Part shown: positions 57,463-64,000 of the stretch, in pieces
How positions within the stretch are numbered: the stretch's first letter is position 1
Layout: each line of letters opens with the position of its first letter
Origin: a virus
DNA: 64,000 bases
IMG/VR virus record: IMGVR_UViG_3300031237_000273
Coordinates: 2,579-66,578 of that record
Strand: one strand, 5' to 3'
Program-made: the position numbers and the translations under genes
Notes under the pieces: generated by a model
Seen by the model: the letters and a program-made list of their open reading frames with translations, nothing else
Told to the model about the DNA's origin: nothing
Databases searched by the model: none

Positions 57463-59253
57463 TTATTCCAGAGCACCTAACAATTTAAATAAGTCTGTCG
57501 CGCGTCTTTCATGCTTCAGCACTAACTCGTTGTAAATTTTATATGCGCGAGCTAGATAGCGTGTTCCAAAAGCCGTATACGATGACGCTAGTATTTTGAA
57601 TGCGACAGAGTCCAAATCCATCTCATCAGTATTAAGAAGGTAATCCGCTTCATTAATATTCAATTTCAGGACACGCTTCAGATCCTCTTCTAATGCAGAA
57701 TATGTGTCCCCATCAGCATCCCATCCACCGCACAAATTAATAGCAAATGAAACAATCAACATTGGATGGCCATTAGTGACCTTGTCTTCGGCGTGATGAA
57801 ACGCAACACCTCCATGATCAATCCTCATCAGACCGTATCCAACCTGCAGATAATTTAATGTATCCTGATCGGATATTACACTTCCTACACCAAGCCTATC
57901 AAATGCGGCCTTAAGTTGCGGAATCAAAAATGCCCGCTCGACTAACTCTGGATTCTGCTCATACAATAGTGGAATAATATTATCCTCACTAAATGGCTTC
58001 CAGTACCTATTAATCAAGCCCACCTGAACATCATATTCTTCAGCCAATATATACTTAGAAACAAAATACTCCTGAAAGGATCTATGCGAATAGGCAACCT
58101 GTAATCCGTCTTCAATAAGCAGGCAAGTCGCTTTTAACAAATCTTCGAGATACCCTGCCCTTTTAAATGACAACCCAAGTCTTGTACGACTCACATCTAT
58201 ATATTCAAGACACTCCGGCGTCGTCATCCGAAACACTCGTTTATCAAATGTGAGCAATGAGAAAAGTGAAAAAACCCTTGAGAAGTCTAAAACATCTAAG
58301 TCGGTAGCTCTCTGGCGAGAGTAAGCTCCTTTTGATGCATCATGTTTTTGAAAAAGAGCCTCATAAGCCTGACCGTAAAATACACTCAGTTTAGTGGGCA
58401 CTTCAGCATTTTGATGATAAGTGAGGAGCATAATCGATAGTAACAGTGGATTAGATAGAAAAGACTTGTGTTCTACAAACAATCGATCCCTTAACTCTCT
58501 AATGAATTTTTCTTTGAAAATATTTTCGACGGGTAATTTAGAAACAAGATCAACTGCAGATGACTGGCTTAGTGGTTCAACATGACACTCACTAAACTGA
58601 TTCCATGCTCGGAATCGCTCGTCAGGCCTAGAAGAAATAAAGATCGGGCATCCTGGAAATTTTTGCGACAACGAATTTATATAGCTATCGACGCCCTCTC
58701 GCTTGGAAGCTAATAGTTCATCAAACCCGTCAAACAAGAAACAAAAATTACCAGACTTCAGGGCTTGTAAAAAAAAATCCCCCTCAATATCAAACCCACC
58801 ATTTTGCATTATGAATACTATATGCTCCTCAAGGGAACGAACAGAATCATTAAGATCCCTGAGCTCAACAAGTATCGGAGCGTACTCGCCGCCAGCAATA
58901 CAGCTTAGGAATATATGACGCATCAAAATCGACTTACCACAACCTCCCGTGCCGGCCACAATTATACGGCTGGACATCTCAATGCAACTAGAAAAATCGG
59001 GGCTCGATATTGAATCCGAGTAGCCAAATCTTAGTCCTATTGGAACATAGTAGTCATAAAAATCGACAGGAGTATCTGTACTCCATAAGCATTTCAGCTT
59101 TGAATACTTTACTCGCGACTTCAATATGTATCTTTGATAGCCAATCTCAATTTGACTTTTTTGCTCTCTAGTTTTATAGAGTCCTTTCGCGAAACTGAAT
59201 ACTTTCTCAATATTTGAATTAAAAATCTCTACAGCGGCTTCAACTTCATCCAT
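57463..59253 (-). CDS. NACHT-domain NTPase (bacterial NLR-like)
   Basis: GTGGCGKS, FLFDGFDE, SSRP, NPLLL, HRSFQEYF; low GC. Confidence 0.9.
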   Translation of the reverse strand: MDEVEAAVEIFNSNIEKVFSFAKGLYKTREQKSQIEIGYQRYILKSRVKYSKLKCLWSTDTPVDFYDYYVPIGLRFGYSDSISSPDFSSCIEMSSRIIVAGTGGCGKSILMRHIFLSCIAGGEYAPILVELRDLNDSVRSLEEHIVFIMQNGGFDIEGDFFLQALKSGNFCFLFDGFDELLASKREGVDSYINSLSQKFPGCPIFISSRPDERFRAWNQFSECHVEPLSQSSAVDLVSKLPVENIFKEKFIRELRDRLFVEHKSFLSNPLLLSIMLLTYHQNAEVPTKLSVFYGQAYEALFQKHDASKGAYSRQRATDLDVLDFSRVFSLFSLLTFDKRVFRMTTPECLEYIDVSRTRLGLSFKRAGYLEDLLKATCLLIEDGLQVAYSHRSFQEYFVSKYILAEEYDVQVGLINRYWKPFSEDNIIPLLYEQNPELVERAFLIPQLKAAFDRLGVGSVISDQDTLNYLQVGYGLMRIDHGGVAFHHAEDKVTNGHPMLIVSFAINLCGGWDADGDTYSALEEDLKRVLKLNINEADYLLNTDEMDLDSVAFKILASSYTAFGTRYLARAYKIYNELVLKHERRATDLFKLLGALE

Positions 59254-59363
59254 TTTTTACAGTTCTCCAGTTAAAGCGTCAATGTTGAGAATCTTCAGTT
59301 ATCCCCTGCGACTGTATCTTATGACTGGCTTACTGGAAATCGCGAACAACAGAAACGAAATTT

Positions 59364-59408
59364 ATCAACCGATAGTTGTTGACACAACATCAACCACTGG
59401 TTGATATT
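59364..59408 (+). promoter_or_regulatory. Early promoter (PL-like) with two operators
   Basis: TTGACA 59379-59384 and GATATT 59403-59408; atcaaccgatagttgtt 59364, atcaaccactggttgat 59389. Confidence 0.8.
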
Positions 59409-59443
59409 TGTCTCACTCTTCCACCACAGAGCGAGGCAACAGC

Positions 59444-59620
59444 ATGCACACCATAGCCACCCTGCACGTCCATCCGGCCGTTGCTGATCCATTCCGCATC
59501 TTCGAGATTCGCCGCTTAGCACGCGAATACGGATGCACGTTTGTCACCACCAAACCAAAGCTGAAAGCCCGCGGAACAACCGCTCCGTTCGATCCAAATG
59601 GCGGAGGGTATGCAGCATGA
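59444..59620 (+). CDS. Early hypothetical protein (58 aa)
   Basis: GAGG RBS; ATGA coupling to the next gene. Confidence 0.75.
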   Translation: MHTIATLHVHPAVADPFRIFEIRRLAREYGCTFVTTKPKLKARGTTAPFDPNGGGYAA

Positions 59621-60207
59621 GCAAGTACAAGCTGGACAACCGTTCCCTGCAACTGCTCAACGCCCAGGTCAACTTGACCGAGACCTTCAACCACACGCTA
59701 AGGTCAACACCCAAGCGTGAGGCCCTGTCGTTCCGCCTCAAAGTTGAACGCACCACATCCGACACCTTTTTCACCGTTGAACTGGGCAGCGATCGCCACA
59801 CGCTGACCCTGAAGAACGAAAAAAAGATGCACCTCAAGCTGGCTGACTTCATCGAAGAGATCGTCAACGGCCCGTTTGCCCCCAGCGACGCCGTCGACCT
59901 ATTGAACTTCCCCCTCGCCAACCTGGAATACGCTCGCTTCGATGCTGAGCACAAGCAGCAGGTATTCGAGCTGGTGCGCACTGGTGGTGTCGTGAGCCTC
60001 GACATGGGTTTTGAGCTCCCCCTCCACGTCGCATTGCATCGCACTAAAACCCGCTCTGGTGTCACTACCATCATGAGCATCGGCAAGAAAAGGCCGCGCA
60101 CCAAATGTTTCACCGTGTACGGCAGCGATGTCGAGATCTACAAGCAAGTGGCCGAGTCCATCAACCACCTTGCGGCAGCGGCAACACCCGCGGCGCACGC
60201 CGCTTGA
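59617..60207 (+). CDS. Early hypothetical protein
   Basis: MSKYKLDNRSLQLL..., translationally coupled. Confidence 0.8.
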   Translation: MSKYKLDNRSLQLLNAQVNLTETFNHTLRSTPKREALSFRLKVERTTSDTFFTVELGSDRHTLTLKNEKKMHLKLADFIEEIVNGPFAPSDAVDLLNFPLANLEYARFDAEHKQQVFELVRTGGVVSLDMGFELPLHVALHRTKTRSGVTTIMSIGKKRPRTKCFTVYGSDVEIYKQVAESINHLAAAATPAAHAA

Positions 60208-60217
60208 GGGGGACGAC

Positions 60218-60502
60218 ATGGAACGCACACTCGCCCAAGCCGCGAAACACCTCGGTCTGACTAGGCCCAAGCTGATCGACCTTATGCGGGCAAAAGGTCT
60301 GCTCAATAATCGAAACCTACCTGCCTTCCCGACCCGCGATCGCGAGTACCTGCGGGTCAAGGACAGCAACTGGTACCACGAGACCGCCGGTATGCAGTAC
60401 AGCCAGTCAACCCGCGTCAGACAACCCGGCATCCGCTGGCTGGCCGATCAACTGGGGCTCGATCTACCCACCATCCCGGTAAACCACCGTGATGTGGCCT
60501 AG
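60218..60502 (+). CDS. Antirepressor KilAC-domain protein
   Basis: TLAQAAKHLG.TRPKL..LMR.KGLL...TRVRQPGIRWLA. Confidence 0.8.
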   Translation: MERTLAQAAKHLGLTRPKLIDLMRAKGLLNNRNLPAFPTRDREYLRVKDSNWYHETAGMQYSQSTRVRQPGIRWLADQLGLDLPTIPVNHRDVA

Positions 60503-60668
60503 GGAATACGCTCGCCAGATCGTCGCCATGCGCACACGCGAGGAGCGCAATGCTGCGCTTCTCGAAGTGCCGGATCACCTACGCGAGCTGACCAAAACAC
60601 ACTGCCTGAATGCCTGGAACCACCCGGCAAGAACACAACGCAAGGAGGCTCAGCAAGCCAATGCCTAA
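60492..60668 (+). CDS. Hypothetical protein (58 aa)
   Basis: Manual translation MWPREYARQIVAMRTREERNAALLEVP...; overlaps both neighbours. Confidence 0.7.
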   Translation: MWPREYARQIVAMRTREERNAALLEVPDHLRELTKTHCLNAWNHPARTQRKEAQQANA

Positions 60669-60978
60669 CACTAGCCAGACACCACTACGACTGCGACCCG
60701 CACCCGAGTCAGTCACTATGGAACTGCTTTACCGCACCTTCGGCGACGTGCTGATCCCGTTGGAAAAAGTCCGCGAGCAGTATTTCCGCAACCTTAACGA
60801 GCAGTCTTTTGTGGCCGAGATCAACAGCGGTCGGATTCAGCTGCCCATCACCACGCTGGACACCAGTCGCAAGGCACCGAAGTACGCGCACATTCGCCAT
60901 GTTGCTTCACTGATCGACATCCGCGCCTACAAGGCAGATGAAGAGATGCTGCGACCACAGGACGATTCAACCGAGTAA
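60661..60978 (+). CDS. Pyocin activator PrtN-family protein
   Basis: LYRTFGDVLIPLEKVREQYF...GRIQLP...SRKAPKYAHI..VA..ID. Confidence 0.85.
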   Translation: MPNTSQTPLRLRPAPESVTMELLYRTFGDVLIPLEKVREQYFRNLNEQSFVAEINSGRIQLPITTLDTSRKAPKYAHIRHVASLIDIRAYKADEEMLRPQDDSTE

Positions 60979-61035
60979 GTCACCTGACCCAACGGCTGCC
61001 ACCACCAGCCTACGACGACACCAGGAGCACACCAC

Positions 61036-61215
61036 ATGACTGCAATTCAAATTTGCGCATTGATCGGCCTCATCATCGGCGCTGCCCTACTCTACTGGAC
61101 CGGCTACCGAGGTGGCCTGATCGATGGCCGCATCGAGGGAATCGACGAAGGCAAAGCCATCCAACAATCCGACAACGCCCTGCTACTGGCGGACCTAGTC
61201 AAGGAGGCAGCATGA
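61036..61215 (+). CDS. Small membrane protein (59 aa)
   Basis: AGGAG RBS; MTAIQICALIGLIIGAALLYWTGYRGG... Confidence 0.75.
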   Translation: MTAIQICALIGLIIGAALLYWTGYRGGLIDGRIEGIDEGKAIQQSDNALLLADLVKEAA

Positions 61216-61574
61216 GCCAGATTTCTCACCATCATCGCAACACGGATCAAGCTTCGCTGGCACCTGATGGACCAACTCGCTATCGAACTGCGGAGGAAAG
61301 CGGCATAAAAATGGACCAGCACACCACCCAAACATCAACCGCTTTACTCTGCAACGCCAGTGGCGTCGACACGCTAGAAACAAACAGCCTCTGCTGCGCA
61401 GCAGCAGGCATTACTACCCATCTCAGCGAAACTGAGGCACTTATACCCCACGAAAAGCTGCGCGAGGCAGCCACACCCGATGCAACGCTAATCGCTCAGA
61501 ATCGCCCGCCCGCGCAGCCTGTTGTGGGGCATATGCAGGTACAAGCTATCACCATCGCTCAGGAGGCAGCATGA
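61212..61574 (+). CDS. Hypothetical protein
   Basis: ATGA-coupled at both ends; ends QEAA. Confidence 0.6.
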   Translation: MSQISHHHRNTDQASLAPDGPTRYRTAEESGIKMDQHTTQTSTALLCNASGVDTLETNSLCCAAAGITTHLSETEALIPHEKLREAATPDATLIAQNRPPAQPVVGHMQVQAITIAQEAA

Positions 61575-61825
61575 ACAGAGAGAACTCGTTTCAGCTGCCG
61601 AGTGAAACGCTTACAGAAGATGAGTTGGCCGCTATTACAGGCTACAAGATTCCGTCCTGCCAACGTCAGTGGCTGCAACGCAATGCTTGGGAACACGTGC
61701 TCACAGCTGCACAACGCCCCGTTGTAGGTCGCGTGTACGCCCGCCTGAAGCTAGCTGGGGTGAAACCATCAGCAACCAATGCTGTAGCTGAAACCTGGTC
61801 CCTTGATCTCTCACGTGTAGGTTAA
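61571..61825 (+). CDS. DUF4224-family protein (putative excisionase)
   Basis: LTEDELAAITGY....Q.QWL...RPVVGR.Y; directly before the integrase. Confidence 0.85.
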   Translation: MNRENSFQLPSETLTEDELAAITGYKIPSCQRQWLQRNAWEHVLTAAQRPVVGRVYARLKLAGVKPSATNAVAETWSLDLSRVG

Positions 61826-61827
61826 CG

Positions 61828-62895
61828 ATGCGCCAGAAGAAAGCCGCAAACCGGGATCTGCCGCCACGGATGATCCGGCGTAGCCGCAAAAGAAAGAACG
61901 GCAGTACCTGGGTGGGCTACTACTACAACGGGCGGGACGCCGAAGGGAACCGAGTCGAAATTCCGCTCGGTGGCGACCTCGATGAAGCCAAAGTTGAATG
62001 GGCACGTCTGGATCGCAAAGCCACACCCAAGCCTGCTCACCTGATGGGCAGGTTTTTCGACGACTACGAAAGAAAGGTCATCCCTGGGCTGAAGCCCGGC
62101 ACTCAAAAGGACTACTTGAAAGGCCTCAAACAACTACGCAATTCGTTCGAAGCAGCCCCTGTAGACGCGGTCACCCCACAAGTGATCGCCCAGTATCGCG
62201 ACGCCCGAACAGCAAAGGTGCGCGCCAACCGCGAGATCGCCCTCCTCTCAACCATATTCACCTTTGCCCGCGAATGGGGGCTCACTGAAAAGGCAAACCC
62301 TTGCGCCCGCTTACGCAGGAACAAAGAAACACCCCGCGACTTCTACGCAGGCAAAATCGTTTGGGATGCGGTTTACGCAGAGGCACCGCCCGAGCTGAAA
62401 GACGCAATGGACCTAGCCTACCTGACTGGCCAGCGCCCCGCAGATGTGCTCAAAGCATCAACTGCCGACTTGTATAACGGGTTCCTGATGGTAGGCCAGG
62501 GCAAGACTGAAAAACGCTTGCGCATCCGTCTACACGACGGCGCAGGCGCATCAGGGCTCAGCACCTTCCTCGATGCCCTACTCGAGCGCAAAGCTATGGC
62601 CGGCATCAGAAGTTCAAGCCTGATCACCAACCAGGCGGGTCTGCGAATGAGTTACGCAATGCTGAGAAATCGGTGGGATGAAGCCCGAGAAAAAGCAGCC
62701 GCGAAGGCCGCGACTGAAGGTGATGCAACGCTTGCCGCCGCGATCCGCCAGTTCCAATTCCGCGACATCCGACCAAAAGCCGCCAGCGAAATTGAAGACA
62801 TTAGTCATGCTAGCCGCCTGCTTGGCCACTCAACGCAGGAGATGACGAAAAAGGTTTATCGAAGAATAGGAGAGATAGTGAAGCCAACAAAATAA
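61828..62895 (+). CDS. int: Phage tyrosine integrase
   Basis: ANREIA, LTGQR..D, FRDIR.K, LLGH, VYRR. Confidence 0.95.
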   Translation: MRQKKAANRDLPPRMIRRSRKRKNGSTWVGYYYNGRDAEGNRVEIPLGGDLDEAKVEWARLDRKATPKPAHLMGRFFDDYERKVIPGLKPGTQKDYLKGLKQLRNSFEAAPVDAVTPQVIAQYRDARTAKVRANREIALLSTIFTFAREWGLTEKANPCARLRRNKETPRDFYAGKIVWDAVYAEAPPELKDAMDLAYLTGQRPADVLKASTADLYNGFLMVGQGKTEKRLRIRLHDGAGASGLSTFLDALLERKAMAGIRSSSLITNQAGLRMSYAMLRNRWDEAREKAAAKAATEGDATLAAAIRQFQFRDIRPKAASEIEDISHASRLLGHSTQEMTKKVYRRIGEIVKPTK

Positions 62896-62950
62896 GGTTA
62901 CTAGATAAGTCTCTGGCTTGTTATTTTATCATGACTTGCCAGCCATACCC

Positions 62951-64000
62951 TCAGTTTATCCAAATGGACAAGTCCGCAAATTCCTCAACGACAATACGTT
63001 TGATATTTGCATGTGCAATTGCAATCCCGACACTTGTCAGATTAAAGTTCTTTGCTAGTGAATCATCCCATACGGAAAAAACCTCAGCCATATAAGGACG
63101 AAGAGAAACGCACTTAGCTCTTACCTCCTCTTTACTCATTCTATTTAGTTTATACAGCTTATCTAGTTTCTCTCTATCCTCCGGTAAGACATCGTTTTTT
63201 CCGAGTAAATCTGCCATTGTTGCATCATTCAAAGCCCTCACTTGGAATTTATTTTTATCATTTAAACATGCGAGCAAGAAACGGGTTCTGAGCACAATAC
63301 TCAACCCCACTTCTTCAACGGTACTCATATCGAATCCCTTCGAAAAGAATCCGGGATAGTGCGCTCCGAGAATCTCCCCCAAAGACGCGTCCATAAAGTT
63401 TTGACTGCCACATCCGGTGAATTCGAGGTGTTGAAAGCTAGCTTGATTTTTAACCAAATCGCCGACCAAAGGCTGGATATGTTGATCAAAATACTCACCA
63501 AACATTTCATCGTTCACTACAGCATTATTTTGCGTGTAGCGGAATATAAAAATAAGAGACAGAGTGGCCAGCTGACCTATTGTTAGCTTAGGTGCAACCT
63601 CTAACGACTCATTTAAAACAATCTGTAAGATATTACGCTGAGACTGTTTGCTCCGATCTACCAACAAGTCAACCAGCAAATCACCTAAATCCTTGTCTCC
63701 AGTTCGGCCATATTGCTTTTGTACAGTTAATAATGCGTACTGAAAATCTGGATCTACAGCCTTTGCCAGGCCTTCCGGATAATCCCTCTCAAGCTTAGAA
63801 ATCACACTATCTGTAATTTCTTCGACGCGTGCACTCATGGTCTCCTTGGCGAGCCCTGTGAGTTCATAGAAAGTTACTTTAGCGACGTCCAAAGCAATCG
63901 CGCGCGCATCCGCTGCCGAGATACCAATAATGACATCTCGTGCAGCCTGAATCGCCAAGGCACCCGCACCCACATCTTGATTTTGATCCTTATTAAGCAT
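62951..64000 (-). CDS. LPO_1073/Vpar_1526-like protein (moron)
   Basis: Q.VG.GA.AIQA N-terminus, DPDFQYAL, LTSVGIAIAHAN C-terminus; low GC; ATG at the window edge. Confidence 0.75.
   Translation of the reverse strand: MLNKDQNQDVGAGALAIQAARDVIIGISAADARAIALDVAKVTFYELTGLAKETMSARVEEITDSVISKLERDYPEGLAKAVDPDFQYALLTVQKQYGRTGDKDLGDLLVDLLVDRSKQSQRNILQIVLNESLEVAPKLTIGQLATLSLIFIFRYTQNNAVVNDEMFGEYFDQHIQPLVGDLVKNQASFQHLEFTGCGSQNFMDASLGEILGAHYPGFFSKGFDMSTVEEVGLSIVLRTRFLLACLNDKNKFQVRALNDATMADLLGKNDVLPEDREKLDKLYKLNRMSKEEVRAKCVSLRPYMAEVFSVWDDSLAKNFNLTSVGIAIAHANIKRIVVEEFADLSIWIN

Larger units (their letters stand above)
17167..64000. mobile_element. Prophage integrated in tRNA-Cys (lambda-like head, P2-like contractile tail) plus terminal cargo tract; other att outside window
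   Basis: tRNA-Cys fragment at one end and integrase near the other; complete head, tail, lysis, replication and immunity modules at 28.6-62.9 kb. Confidence 0.9.

Overview
The window is a Pseudomonas (fluorescens-group-like) chromosomal hotspot at the tRNA-Cys/tRNA-Leu(UAA) cluster, holding two mobile elements in tandem. (1) Left, 1-16884: a phage-satellite/PICI-like element inserted behind tRNA-Leu (P4-type integrase, AlpA, zinc-finger primase fragment, AAA_25 helicase). Its cargo is a complete type I R-M system, an integrase-less array of three integron cassettes, and unknown genes. (2) Right, from a tRNA-Cys 3' duplication at 17167 to beyond the window end: an apparently intact temperate prophage with lambda-like head, P2-like contractile tail, Toprim-VapE replicase, cI/cro/cII, a NACHT moron and an integrase, preceded by an ~11 kb cargo tract. 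Two unexplained structures stand out. (a) Eight cargo modules across both elements are each bracketed by an inverted pair of a 24-bp quasi-palindromic site (GNCNGC-N3-[CGGCCA/CGACCC on the left, TGGCCG/GGGTCG on the right]-N3-GCNGNC). The sites form 34-bp-period arrays at module junctions, are hit by MITEs, and two arrays start at the stop codon of a thrice-repeated 69-aa ORF. This suggests a non-integron gene-cassette system. (b) A ~270-nt multi-hairpin RNA between cro and cII has loops with perfect 12-nt complementarity to translation-initiation regions of early genes 3-5 kb away. All calls come from manual reading and motif recognition; no database searches were run.
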